From contig JAJCZP010000108.1 of assembly GCA_029262315.1 (NCBI GenBank), forward strand, positions 21,449-85,448: 64,000 nt of DNA. The letters run 5' to 3'. The stretch is from Deltaproteobacteria bacterium. Its GTDB lineage: Bacteria > Desulfobacterota > Binatia > UTPRO1. Positions 37,879 through 47,587 of the stretch are shown here, piece after piece; position 1 is the first letter of the stretch, and every line of letters starts with the position of its first letter. Under the pieces are notes generated by a model. That model did not search any database. It was given only the letters and a program-made list of their open reading frames with translations, and had not been told where the DNA came from. A program made the position numbers and the translations under genes.

Positions 37879-39949
37879 GGCGTTGGCGCCTCCACGCGCC
37901 GTGGCCTAGCACCACGAGGTGGTCGATGAGGGGCGCGAAGATTCCGCCCAACAGCAACGCGGACACGACCGGAATGTCTCCCTGGGAGACCCCCAATCCC
38001 CACAAGACGCCGACCAGAAGGCCGTAGAGTACGCGCCCGATCCGCGTGACCGGAGAGGCGACGGGGTCGGTGCCCACGAAGACCGCGGCAAAGGTCAGCA
38101 TATTGATGTCGAAGATGTCAGGAAGAAGTTCGATGGTTCCATAGGAGACGGCCACGGTCGCGGCGGCCATCGCGCCGAGCGTTCGCCAGGAGATGATCCC
38201 CGCCGCCACCAGCAGCACGGCTCCGGGTAGTGTCGCCGCCCACACCACATCGCCTCCGGCGCCATAGCCCAGATCCGGAAAGGAGAACGCCAAGAAGGCG
38301 AGGGCCACGACGGTGGGATGCAGGAAGTTGTACCCCCGGCCGCCGAAGATCTGTTCCCCCATCACGACGCCGAAGCTCGTTCCCAACGCCACCTGCCAGA
38401 GGGGCGCTTCGGGTGGCAGCATGAGCGCGATCGTCGCGGCGGTCGTGATCTGCGGCGCGACCGCGCCCACCGAGAACGGTCGGCGGCGTGCCCAGGTGAA
38501 CAACAGCTGCCAACTTATGCTCGTGATGGCACTGACACCGAGGGCCGCCGCCAACGGGATGCCGGCTTGGCCGAATGCCCAGCCCAGCGGGGGCAGGAGG
38601 GCCAGCAGATAGAGCAACGTGACCCGCGCGTCGCTGTGGGCGGAGCGCACGTGGGGCGCCGCCGTCGTAGCGGGAAGCTTCTCGACGGTTGGCCTGGAAA
38701 CGTCACGACCTGTACGGCTTTGCTCGAGCACTCCGCGCAGGAGTTGGCCGTAGTCGGTCTTGCTCGGACACAGATAGCTGAGCAGAGCGACGTCCTCTTC
38801 GACCATCTCCGACGAGCCCAAGCGCGCGGCCGACTCGGCATCGCCCACACTCAACGCCCGCAGCAGCGGAACCCCCGGAGCACGTAGACTCGGAGCGCGG
38901 TCGTGCGCCCGCAGGGGAACGATAGGACCGGGTGTCCCCCCAAGGGCTGTAGAGCTGGCCCGCCGACGGAACGACACCGCGACCGCCCGTTCCTCTTCGG
39001 GTAGGACGGTGACCTGTCGGTGGTAGCGACCGAGATGGGTCTGACGGCGCCCGTCCAGAACGGATCCCGACAGGATGCGGCTGGGCCCCGCCAGCAACTC
39101 GCCATCGACCAAGGCGTCGATGCTCGCGCCAAGACAGGTGCGCACGAGGCGGGGTGCGCGCACCGAAGGCCCCGCCAGGGACACCACGCGTTCGTTCCAC
39201 ACCGTGCCAGTCGAGATCAAATATCCGATCGCGATCGTGTCCTGGTAACCGAGATGCCACACCACCTGGCCCCCGCCCACGGGATGGAGATAGTGGATGT
39301 GGGTGCCGGGCAAGCCGGCGGGATGCGGCCCGGCGAATGCGACCGCGTTGTCACCGAGGGCAGGGCCCGGTGCCTGGCAGATGTAGACGATACCATCGGT
39401 GAGGTGTTGGAGTGCGCGTGCGCCCGCACGAAACGCCTCGGCGTGCTCGGCAATCACCACGGTTGGGTCTGCCGCGAGCGGCTGGGTGTCGAGGGCGGTG
39501 ATGAAGATCGCGTCGGGGACGGCGTCCGGGTCGGGGATGTAGCCGAAGGGTCGGGCCTGGAAGGCCGGCCACAGGCCGTTCGCACAGAGAAGCTCTCGTA
39601 GTCCGCCCCGGGTCAGTGTACGTGGCGGTCTCGTGCCGCTCCGACCGTTGTTTCCCTCGACAGCGATCGTCACGCATTCAAGCGCGCGCCTCGGTCCGCG
39701 CTTGATCTCGTGAATTCGTCCGGACGCGGGAGCGGCGAACACGATCGCCGGACGGCGACGATCGACGAAGATCGCCGTGCCGGTCTCGACCCAATCCCCC
39801 TGCCGCACGCGCAGGGCCGCGCGAATCCCAGGATAGTCCGCCCCCGTCAACCCGACGGTACCCACCTCCGGTCCACGATGGATTTGCTGACGAGGCGCGC
39901 CGTCGATCGGGACGTCGAAACCTCGGACTTTGATGGTGGTGCGTCTCAC
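37871..39949 (-). CDS. fused NqrA + shortened NqrB/RnfD-like protein (692 aa)
   Basis: NqrA motifs G.D.PI.GAP, APASG, GPHPAGL.GTHIH, SGSVLDG, LGRYH.QV, CPSK.DYG run in frame into APHVRS and NqrB motifs EQIFGG.G.NF, SWR, TDPV.S, FAPLIDH. GTGA overlap with the ATPase stop. Confidence 0.85.
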   Translation of the reverse strand: MRRTTIKVRGFDVPIDGAPRQQIHRGPEVGTVGLTGADYPGIRAALRVRQGDWVETGTAIFVDRRRPAIVFAAPASGRIHEIKRGPRRALECVTIAVEGNNGRSGTRPPRTLTRGGLRELLCANGLWPAFQARPFGYIPDPDAVPDAIFITALDTQPLAADPTVVIAEHAEAFRAGARALQHLTDGIVYICQAPGPALGDNAVAFAGPHPAGLPGTHIHYLHPVGGGQVVWHLGYQDTIAIGYLISTGTVWNERVVSLAGPSVRAPRLVRTCLGASIDALVDGELLAGPSRILSGSVLDGRRQTHLGRYHRQVTVLPEEERAVAVSFRRRASSTALGGTPGPIVPLRAHDRAPSLRAPGVPLLRALSVGDAESAARLGSSEMVEEDVALLSYLCPSKTDYGQLLRGVLEQSRTGRDVSRPTVEKLPATTAAPHVRSAHSDARVTLLYLLALLPPLGWAFGQAGIPLAAALGVSAITSISWQLLFTWARRRPFSVGAVAPQITTAATIALMLPPEAPLWQVALGTSFGVVMGEQIFGGRGYNFLHPTVVALAFLAFSFPDLGYGAGGDVVWAATLPGAVLLVAAGIISWRTLGAMAAATVAVSYGTIELLPDIFDINMLTFAAVFVGTDPVASPVTRIGRVLYGLLVGVLWGLGVSQGDIPVVSALLLGGIFAPLIDHLVVLGHGAWRRQRHA

Positions 39950-42792
39950 GGCTCGGATGGTGTCACAGATCTGCTCGCACCCTCTCCTCTCGTGTCGGAA
40001 CCCGCATTCTGTGCTGGTGTCGGCACTAGTCTTACCAGCTGCCCGATCAAGAGCGGCGTCCAGCTGAGACCTGCGATCACCGCCCACCCAGCGGCATCGG
40101 GGGGCTCGATGTCGAGCACGGCGGCGACGGGCGGGATGTACACCGCCGCGACGAGCAGTGCGGTGCACAACGCCAGCGCTCCCCACACGTACGGGTTCCG
40201 TACGACATCATTCCGAAGGACACCGGATCGTCGTCCCCGCATGTTGAACACGTGCCAGAGTTGCGCGAAGGCCAGGGTGAGAAACGAGACGGTGACGGCG
40301 CCGCTGGGGCCGAGGTCGAGCACCCAGAGCGCGATCAGCATTGCCCCGAGCGTACAGAGTGTCAGGACGAGCGCGTAGCTGGCGATCGTGAGCCAGTGCC
40401 GACGGGCGAGAATCGGCTCTCTGGGATCACGCGGCGGCCGGCGGGCGATCGCAGGATCGCCCTCGCCGGCACCGAGCGCGAGCGCCGGAAACACGTCGGT
40501 GACGAGATTGAGGAACAGTATCTGCAACGGCGTAATGGGGAGCGGCATCTGTGCAACCGACGCGACGGCTATCACCATGACCTCGCTGACGTTACAGGAG
40601 AGAAGATAGAGCACGAACTTGCGGATGTTGTCGAAGATCACGCGCCCCTGCTCGATGGCCATGACGATCGTCGAGAAGGCGTCGTCAAGCAGCACGACGT
40701 CGGCCGCTTCGGCCGCGACCTGGGTCCCGCGCTTGCCCATGGCCACGCCCACGTCCGCCTTCTTGAGTGCTGGAGCATCGTTCACTCCGTCGCCCGTCAT
40801 CGCCACGATCGCCCCCTGCTCTTGGTGGGCGGCGATCAGATTCAGCTTCTGCTCGGGACTGACGCGGGCGAAGATGGCCGCGCCGAGAATGCGCCTCACC
40901 CCCTCGGGCGAGTGCCGGCTCAGCGTCTCGAGTTCGTCCCCGTGGACGACCGGAGCGCCGCCCTCGGCGACGAGGCCCAGAGCCCGCCCGATGGCCCGTG
41001 CCGTTCCCGCCTGATCGCCGGTGACCATGACGATGCGAATGCCCGCCGTCCGGCATGCGTCGATGGCGCCTCGCACGTCGTGGCGCGGGGGATCGAGCAA
41101 ACCGACCAAGCCCACGAACACGAGATCCTCGTACGGCGCCTCGTCCGGCGACGCGACCGTCTTGGTTGCCAGCGCGAGCACGCGGAGCCCGTCGTCGGCT
41201 AAGCGCGCATTGTGCTCGAGCCACTGCGCGCGTGCCCTCTGGTCGAGCGGGCGTTCCCCGTCGCCCGTCAGCACGCGCGACGACGATGAGAGGACGGCTT
41301 CGGGAGCGCCCTTGACCGCTACCCGGAAGGCACCGTCCTCGGCGTGAAAGGTCGCCATCTTTTTCGACTCGGGAAGGAAGGCCTCCTCGCGGACCTCCGG
41401 AGTGCGCTCGAGAAGCGTCGGCCGACGCACCCCTGCGCGGAGGCCCGCGACGAGGAGCGCCACTTCCATCGGGTCACCGGTGCCGCGGCTGTCGGCCGCG
41501 TCATCGGCTGCATCATCGGCCGCGTCGGGCACCTCGGCGTTGTTGCAGAGCACTGCGATTTCCAACGTCCGCCGCAACAACGCTGACGCCCCGGCGTCGA
41601 GCGCCGCCCCAGCGCTCTCGAAGCGACCCCCCACAGCGGCGGTGTCATCGCGAACATCGATCTGGTGTTCGTCGACAATCACACGCGTTACCGTCATCCG
41701 ATTCTCGGTGAGCGTCCCCGTCTTGTCTGTGCAGATGACCGTCGTCGCGCCGAGTGCCTCGACTGCTGATAGGCGATTGACGAGGGCGTTTCGCCGAGCC
41801 ATGCGCCACATGCCACGCGCCAGAGCCAGCGTCGCCACGATCGGCAATCCTTCGGGAACCGTCGCCACGGCCAGCGCGATTCCCGTCTCGATCATCAACA
41901 GGATGTCCTTGCCGGCGAGGACGCCACTGCCGGCGACGATGACGGTCACTGCGAGAGTTACCCAGACGAGGCGCGCCCCCAGATGATCGAGGCGTCGCTC
42001 GAGCGGCGTCCGTTCGGTCTCTGCCTCCTCGACCAACGCCGCGATGCGTCCGATTTCGGCCTGCATGCCGGTCGCGACGACGATTCCCTCTGCTGATCCG
42101 CGCGTGAGCGCCGTTCCCCGGTAGAGCATGTTGCTGCGCTCGGCGAGCGGGGTTTTCGAATCGAGCGCCTCCATCGCTTTGCTCACCGGCGCCGACTCGC
42201 CGGTGAGCATGGACTCATCCGCCTGGAGCTTCGACGCCGTGGCGAGTCGTACGTCGGCCGGCACGAGATCGCCGGCCTCGAGGACTACGATATCGCCCGG
42301 AACCAGTTCCCAAGCGGCACGCTGAACAACCACACCCGCACGGCGCGTCCGCGCTTGCACCTCGCCAAGCCCCCGCAAGGCCTCCATCGACCGCACGGCT
42401 CTCAATTCTGTGACGAACCCGATCGCCGTATTGATCACGACGACGGCGGCGATGGCTACGGCCTCGCGCGCCTCTCCGAACGCCAACGCCAACCCACCGG
42501 CGGCGAGCAATAACAGCACGATGAGGCTTTCGAGCTGGCGCACGAAGACCCGCCAGGCCCGTTCCGGTCGGGCGGTGCGCAGGCGGTTCTCACCGTAGCG
42601 GGTGCGCCGCGACGATACCTCCTCGTCGTCCAGCCCTCTCTCGAGGCCGACGCCGAACGACGCGGCGATCTCCTTCCACCCCAGCGCCCATGGTGCCAAC
42701 GGGTTTCCAGGAGGCTGTGGGGCCGTCGCTGCTATGTCCTGGCCGCGCGCGCACTCGTGCGACGCGTCGAGGGCGGACCCGCGATGATTCAA
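39946..42792 (-). CDS. cation-transporting P-type ATPase, type II (Ca2+/Na+, CtpF/PacL-like)
   Basis: LTGES, PEGL, DKTGTLT, KGAPE, DPPR, TGD, GDGVNDAPAL, NLVTD. TTG start chosen from AGGAG SD. Confidence 0.93.
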   Translation of the reverse strand: MNHRGSALDASHECARGQDIAATAPQPPGNPLAPWALGWKEIAASFGVGLERGLDDEEVSSRRTRYGENRLRTARPERAWRVFVRQLESLIVLLLLAAGGLALAFGEAREAVAIAAVVVINTAIGFVTELRAVRSMEALRGLGEVQARTRRAGVVVQRAAWELVPGDIVVLEAGDLVPADVRLATASKLQADESMLTGESAPVSKAMEALDSKTPLAERSNMLYRGTALTRGSAEGIVVATGMQAEIGRIAALVEEAETERTPLERRLDHLGARLVWVTLAVTVIVAGSGVLAGKDILLMIETGIALAVATVPEGLPIVATLALARGMWRMARRNALVNRLSAVEALGATTVICTDKTGTLTENRMTVTRVIVDEHQIDVRDDTAAVGGRFESAGAALDAGASALLRRTLEIAVLCNNAEVPDAADDAADDAADSRGTGDPMEVALLVAGLRAGVRRPTLLERTPEVREEAFLPESKKMATFHAEDGAFRVAVKGAPEAVLSSSSRVLTGDGERPLDQRARAQWLEHNARLADDGLRVLALATKTVASPDEAPYEDLVFVGLVGLLDPPRHDVRGAIDACRTAGIRIVMVTGDQAGTARAIGRALGLVAEGGAPVVHGDELETLSRHSPEGVRRILGAAIFARVSPEQKLNLIAAHQEQGAIVAMTGDGVNDAPALKKADVGVAMGKRGTQVAAEAADVVLLDDAFSTIVMAIEQGRVIFDNIRKFVLYLLSCNVSEVMVIAVASVAQMPLPITPLQILFLNLVTDVFPALALGAGEGDPAIARRPPRDPREPILARRHWLTIASYALVLTLCTLGAMLIALWVLDLGPSGAVTVSFLTLAFAQLWHVFNMRGRRSGVLRNDVVRNPYVWGALALCTALLVAAVYIPPVAAVLDIEPPDAAGWAVIAGLSWTPLLIGQLVRLVPTPAQNAGSDTRGEGASRSVTPSEP

Positions 42793-42823
42793 GCCAGGTC
42801 TCTCCTGACCGGCAAGCGTCCTG

Positions 42824-43087
42824 TTACAACAGCTTCCGAATGCGTGCGTATCCGGCCGTGAGCTCCTCGCCAACGAGCTTCAGGGCCTCGGCGACCTCGT
42901 GTGCAACCTGGCCAGCCTCCTTCCCCACGACTTTCATTCGTCCCTCCAGGTGCTCCCACTGTTGCTCGAGTTCGCCCCACTCGTCCCGCACGTCCGATTT
43001 GAGTAGGTGCAGCTTGAGTTTGAGCTCGTCTCGCTGTTGGCGCACATCATCGGTCAACCCTTGAAGCTGCTGGCGCGTATCCGTCAT
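42824..43087 (-). CDS. small coiled-coil hypothetical protein (87 aa)
   Basis: GGAGG SD; QQRDELKLKLHL...DEW.ELE..W pattern. First gene of the ATPase-nqr unit. Confidence 0.8.
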   Translation of the reverse strand: MTDTRQQLQGLTDDVRQQRDELKLKLHLLKSDVRDEWGELEQQWEHLEGRMKVVGKEAGQVAHEVAEALKLVGEELTAGYARIRKLL

Positions 43088-43149
43088 TGTTTCCTCCGTC
43101 TCGTGCTCCGGGATTACAGCCCATGCTGGCTGAACATCCTCCAGACCAT

Positions 43150-43165
43150 CGCAACTCTCGTACCA
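43150..43165 (-). promoter_or_regulatory. sigma-54 promoter (TGGTACG-AGAG-TTGCG) of the ATPase-nqr operon
   Basis: Strong consensus match. Confidence 0.8.
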
Positions 43166-43286
43166 ACAACCAGGGGCGATCCGCGAGCCCCGGACGCCGG
43201 CCAACAATCTCGCCGAAACCCAAGGGACAACCGGCGATGAGCGACCCGCCTCCTCCTCGATCGGCGAGCCGCCCATCCTTTGCGCA

Positions 43287-43302
43287 TTCTCAGGAATAGG
43301 AA
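43287..43302. promoter_or_regulatory. palindromic operator variant TTCTCA-N4-TAGGAA
   Basis: Recurring motif ~120 bp upstream of a sigma-54 match. Confidence 0.5.
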
Positions 43303-43356
43303 ATCCGAGCTGCGAGTCGCAAGAACGACAGCGCCCCGATCGCTGGCGCATTCGCG

Positions 43357-44361
43357 CTACGATGTCCGTCTACGATGTACTTCGTTCTCGAGGATTCCTT
43401 GCTCGAATGCGGTGATGTTTCTCAGCGTTGTCGTAGCGATGTTGTGGAGGGCCTCGTGGGTCAAGAACGCCTGGTGGGACGTGATGAGGACGTTGGGGAA
43501 GGTCAGGAGCCGCGCCAGTACATCGTCCTGGAGGACCTCGCTGGACAGGTCCTCGAAGAAGATGCCCTCCTCTTCCTCGTATACGTCGAGTCCCGCAGCG
43601 CCGAGATGGCCGGCTTTGAGCGCCGAGACGAGGGCGCGGCTGTCGATGAGTGCGCCGCGCCCGGTGTTGATGATCATGGCACCGCGCTTCATGACGGCCA
43701 GCGCTTCCCGGTTGACCATGTGTCTGGTTTTGGGCGTGAGCGGTACGTGGAGGGAGATGATGTCGGACTCGCGATAAAGGTCACGGAGCGACGTGTAGGC
43801 GCCCCCGAGCTCCGACACGATAGATGGATTCTCCAGCACATCATGTGCGAGCACCCGGCAGCCGAATCCCCGGAAGATGCGGGCCGCGACATAGCCGATG
43901 CGCCCGGTGCCGATGATACCGACGGTCTTTCCGAACAGGTCGAAGCCCACGAGACCCTCGAGAGAAAAATTCCAGTCGCGCACCCGTGCGTAGGCGCGGT
44001 GGACCTTTCGATTTAGCGCGAGCACCAGGGCCACCGCGTGTTCCGCGACCGCATGCGGGGAATACTCGGGGACGCGCAGCACCGAGATGCCGAGCCGCTC
44101 TGCAGCCGCTAGGTCGACATGGTTGTAACCGGCCGAGCGAAGGGCGACGACGCGGACCCCGCTCTCTTTGAGAATCCGGAGTGTGGCATCATCGAGCTGG
44201 CCGTTGACGAACGGGCAGACAGCTTCATGCCCGAGCGCGAGCGCCGCGGTTTTCTCGGTCAAGCGCGGCTCGAGAAACGAGAGCTCGTGATGGAACTCCT
44301 CGTTCGCCTCGGCTAGAGCCGCCTGGTCGTAGTTGTGCGTATCAAAAACAGCGACTTTCAC
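43357..44361 (-). CDS. ldhA: D-lactate dehydrogenase (D-2-hydroxyacid dehydrogenase)
   Basis: LRSAGYNHVD, VPEYSPHAVAEH, GTGRIG, NTGRG, LDVYEEE, TSHQAFLT. Confidence 0.88.
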   Translation of the reverse strand: MKVAVFDTHNYDQAALAEANEEFHHELSFLEPRLTEKTAALALGHEAVCPFVNGQLDDATLRILKESGVRVVALRSAGYNHVDLAAAERLGISVLRVPEYSPHAVAEHAVALVLALNRKVHRAYARVRDWNFSLEGLVGFDLFGKTVGIIGTGRIGYVAARIFRGFGCRVLAHDVLENPSIVSELGGAYTSLRDLYRESDIISLHVPLTPKTRHMVNREALAVMKRGAMIINTGRGALIDSRALVSALKAGHLGAAGLDVYEEEEGIFFEDLSSEVLQDDVLARLLTFPNVLITSHQAFLTHEALHNIATTTLRNITAFEQGILENEVHRRRTS

Positions 44362-44424
44362 GCGGACTCCTGGCTGAGGGTGAGGTCAGACGTGAATCTT
44401 CATTCGAGGCGAGTCGCGCCAACG

Positions 44425-45768
44425 TCAGGGCCAGACGCCACGCTCGAGGGTCACGTTGGCGACGCGCGAGATGGCGAGGACGTACGCTGCCGTCCGGAGG
44501 TCGGCAGGCTCGAGCGGGGTGGCGTCGACAGGCTGCTCGGTGGGCGTTGCATCGAGCGCCCCTTCGATTTTCGGCATGACCGAGTTCAACTCCTGCTGTT
44601 TCGCGATCACCGCGTCCGTGGCGCGCTCCATCCGCCGCCGGAGCCTGCGATTGACGTCGTCTAGATCCCACTGCTCGTTCTCGAAGTTCTGCACCCACTC
44701 GAAGTAGCTCACGGTCACTCCTCCCGCGTTCGCCAGGATGTCCGGAAGAACCGGGATGCCGCGCGCGAAAAGGATGCGGTCCGCCGCCGGTGTGGTGGGC
44801 CCGTTGGCCGCCTCCACGACCAATTGGGTCGCGATCCGGGGTGCGTTCGAGGCGCGGATCTGACACTCGAGCGCCGCCGGGATCAAAATGTCGCACGGGA
44901 CCTCGAGAAGCTCGTCGTTGCTGATCGTCGTCGTATCGGTCACGCCGACTACGGAGCCGGTCTCCCTTTTATGTCGCTCGACAGCGGCAAGGTCCAATCC
45001 GTCGGGCGCCATGATGCCACCGCTGCTATCGCTGACGGCCACGACATGTGCTCCGGCTTCAACGAACAGCCTCGCGGCGATCCCGCCGACGTTGCCGAAC
45101 CCCTGGATCGCGATGCGCGACCCCCGGATGCCGGAGAGCCCTGGCGCCACTCCCTGGGCCAGGGCGTGGCGGGTCACCGTCAGAACGCCCCGTGCGGTCG
45201 CCTCGCGCCGCCCCCACGAGCCACCCATGTCGAGCGGCTTCCCGGTGACGACCGGGAGGTTATTCTGGCCGGGATGAAGCATCGCGTAGGTGTCGTAGAT
45301 CCACGCCATGGTGCGCTCGTCGGTGTTGACATCGGGCGCCGGCACATCGGTGGCCGGACCGATCGCATCGCCGAGTTCCGTCACGTAGCGTCGTGTAATC
45401 CGACGACGCACGCCCTCGCTCATCGCTTTCGGATCACAGATTACGCCACCCTTCGCCCCGCCGAAGGGCACGTCGAGGACCGCGCACTTCCAGGTCATCC
45501 AACTCGCAAGCGCACGTACTTCGTCCTCGGTGACCTCGGGATGAAAGCGGATGCCCCCCTTCCCCGGACCCCGTGCTTGGTTGTGCAGCACGCGATAACC
45601 GATGAATGTCCGAACAGTGCCGTCGTCCATCTCGATGGGAAACTCAACCGTGACCACGCGCCGCGGATGCTTGAGGGAATCCATCATCCCACCGGGAAGC
45701 CCGAGAATGTAGCGGCTGGCATGATCGAACTGCTCCTGCGCGATCGCAAAGGGATTCAGCGTTTCCAT
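44425..45768 (-). CDS. gdhA: Glu/Leu/Phe/Val dehydrogenase (glutamate dehydrogenase)
   Basis: GPGKGGIRF, MTWKC, GGAKGG, DVPAPD, QGFGNVG, NAGGVTVSYFEWVQN. Confidence 0.9.
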   Translation of the reverse strand: METLNPFAIAQEQFDHASRYILGLPGGMMDSLKHPRRVVTVEFPIEMDDGTVRTFIGYRVLHNQARGPGKGGIRFHPEVTEDEVRALASWMTWKCAVLDVPFGGAKGGVICDPKAMSEGVRRRITRRYVTELGDAIGPATDVPAPDVNTDERTMAWIYDTYAMLHPGQNNLPVVTGKPLDMGGSWGRREATARGVLTVTRHALAQGVAPGLSGIRGSRIAIQGFGNVGGIAARLFVEAGAHVVAVSDSSGGIMAPDGLDLAAVERHKRETGSVVGVTDTTTISNDELLEVPCDILIPAALECQIRASNAPRIATQLVVEAANGPTTPAADRILFARGIPVLPDILANAGGVTVSYFEWVQNFENEQWDLDDVNRRLRRRMERATDAVIAKQQELNSVMPKIEGALDATPTEQPVDATPLEPADLRTAAYVLAISRVANVTLERGVWP

Positions 45769-45796
45769 TCCGTCACCTCGGTTCGTAACTTACCCG

Positions 45797-46975
45797 TCAA
45801 TGCGCCTTCGCCTCTCCCTCACGCACTAGTGCCCAGCGCGTGAGGATCGGCCCGGCGATCTCGAATACTATCGTGCCGGCAACGGTCGCCGTGAGAATCG
45901 TACCTCCCACTTCGGGCAAGCGTTGAGACACGACGAGAGCCAGCCCGATCGCAACGCCCGCCTGCGGGAGCAGCGCCGCGCCGATCGCGGGCGCTGACGA
46001 CACGCGCTCGGAGAGAACAGCACCGAGCCATCCACCTGCGACACGGCCAACTACGCGCAGAAGAACGTACCCGCATACAAGCGTGGCGGTCGCGCCAAGG
46101 TCCGTGACCCGGAACGTTGCGCCGGAGAGCACAAAGAAGAGCACCATGAAGGGCCACTCGATGCCCTCGATCGCCCGGAACGGCCGGAGGTGGTGGCGTG
46201 CAACGTTCGCGACGACCATACCCATGGTCATCGCGGCCAAGAGGAATGAGACCTCGAGGAGCAGCGCGACGCCAGCGCACAAGAAGACACACCCGAGCGC
46301 CTCGGCTTGGGTCGGCTCGCCGGCCCGCACACGACCGGTGAGAAACGCCATCGGGACACCCAGCGCACCGCCAACCAGGATCGCCCCTCCAATCTCGATG
46401 GCGCCGTCCATCACGGCGTGACTCGCTGCATCCGGACTCTGGGTCCCAAGGACCCAGGCCAACACGATGCTCACCATCACGATGCCCCACGCGTCATCGA
46501 TCGCGACGATTCCGAGCAACATCTTCGTGAAGGGTCCCCGCGCGCCGGTTTCGTGCACGACGTCGCTCACGGCGGCCGGAGCAGTCGACGTCCCAATGGC
46601 ACCGAGCAGGAGCGCAACGGGTGCCGGCCACCCGAGCGCAAGCAGTCCGGCGGCGACGACGACGGTCGTCACGATCACGACCACGAGGGAGATCACGAGG
46701 ATCGCGCGGCCCTGCTTCCGCAGCAGCGTCCACGTGAGCTCACCTCCAAGCAGAAAGGCGACCATGACGAGCGCCAGGTCGGTGATGAAGGGGTACCATT
46801 CCGCACTCGATGCCGGAATTGCGCCCAAGCCCAGCGGCCCGACACACACACCCAGCAGCAGCAGCAGAGTCACCCGAGGCAAGCGCGTACGCCGGCCGAG
46901 GACATCCGCGGTGAGGCCCGCGAGGAAGATGAGTCCTAGCGTGAGGAGAATGGTGGCGGTCGAATCGGCGCTCAT
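45797..46975 (-). CDS. cation:proton antiporter (CPA family)
   Basis: ~12 TM, TAPAA, AIDDA, FFVLSGA, PQAGVAIG. Confidence 0.9.
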   Translation of the reverse strand: MSADSTATILLTLGLIFLAGLTADVLGRRTRLPRVTLLLLLGVCVGPLGLGAIPASSAEWYPFITDLALVMVAFLLGGELTWTLLRKQGRAILVISLVVVIVTTVVVAAGLLALGWPAPVALLLGAIGTSTAPAAVSDVVHETGARGPFTKMLLGIVAIDDAWGIVMVSIVLAWVLGTQSPDAASHAVMDGAIEIGGAILVGGALGVPMAFLTGRVRAGEPTQAEALGCVFLCAGVALLLEVSFLLAAMTMGMVVANVARHHLRPFRAIEGIEWPFMVLFFVLSGATFRVTDLGATATLVCGYVLLRVVGRVAGGWLGAVLSERVSSAPAIGAALLPQAGVAIGLALVVSQRLPEVGGTILTATVAGTIVFEIAGPILTRWALVREGEAKAH

Positions 46976-47112
46976 GCGCGAATAGTCGTACGGGTTGGCA
47001 CTACGTGTGTCCTCCGCGCCCAGATGGCGGGTTGGCGCGATCTACTCGCAGCCAGGTTGGCAATGCAAGGAATCACAGCAATGCTCGTGCTCAGCGTATC
47101 CGTAGCCCTCGA

Positions 47113-47574
47113 TCAGGACCGCGGTGTCGGAATCGCAAGCACGGACCGGCCCGCGTGTCGCACCACGCGCTCGGCCACACTACCGATCAGGACGTGGCGC
47201 AGGCCCGTGCGCCCGTGCGTCCCGACAATGACCAGATCCGCCTCGAGCTTCGCAGCGACCTTGCAGATCTGCGCATGCGCCGAGCCCAAGGGAACGAGCA
47301 TCTGCACCTTAGCCGTGGGCGCGAAGTGCTTGGCTATTTGCCGCGCCAGACGCTCGAGTGCGACGCGAGCCTCGTGCGTTCGCTGCTCTTCATAGCCGGC
47401 CAAGTACGACGCCGGCACCGGCGTCGTGGCGACGATGATCGGCTCGATCACGTGCACCAGGTGAATGCGCACACGTGCGCCCTTCGGCCACAATGCCTCG
47501 AACCCTCGCAGTGCCGCGTCGCTTCCAGGTGAGAAGTCCGTTGCGATCAGCACGACCGGTGTCATCTTGCTCAC
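47113..47574 (-). CDS. universal stress protein
   Basis: ATDFS..S, DLVIVGTHGRTGL.HVLIGSVAERVVRHA. Confidence 0.93.
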   Translation of the reverse strand: MSKMTPVVLIATDFSPGSDAALRGFEALWPKGARVRIHLVHVIEPIIVATTPVPASYLAGYEEQRTHEARVALERLARQIAKHFAPTAKVQMLVPLGSAHAQICKVAAKLEADLVIVGTHGRTGLRHVLIGSVAERVVRHAGRSVLAIPTPRS

Positions 47575-47587
47575 GTTGCACTCTCCT

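Noticed and set aside
38700-38710. GTGA at the NqrA/NqrB junction as a hidden stop/start overlap
   Set aside because: The TGA and GTG each lie in frames other than the NqrA/NqrB frame, so the fusion frame is continuous.
47077-47092. Sigma-54-like GAGCACG-AGCA-TTGCT upstream of the antiporter-gdhA unit
   Set aside because: The invariant GG is AG, so it was not counted as a promoter.
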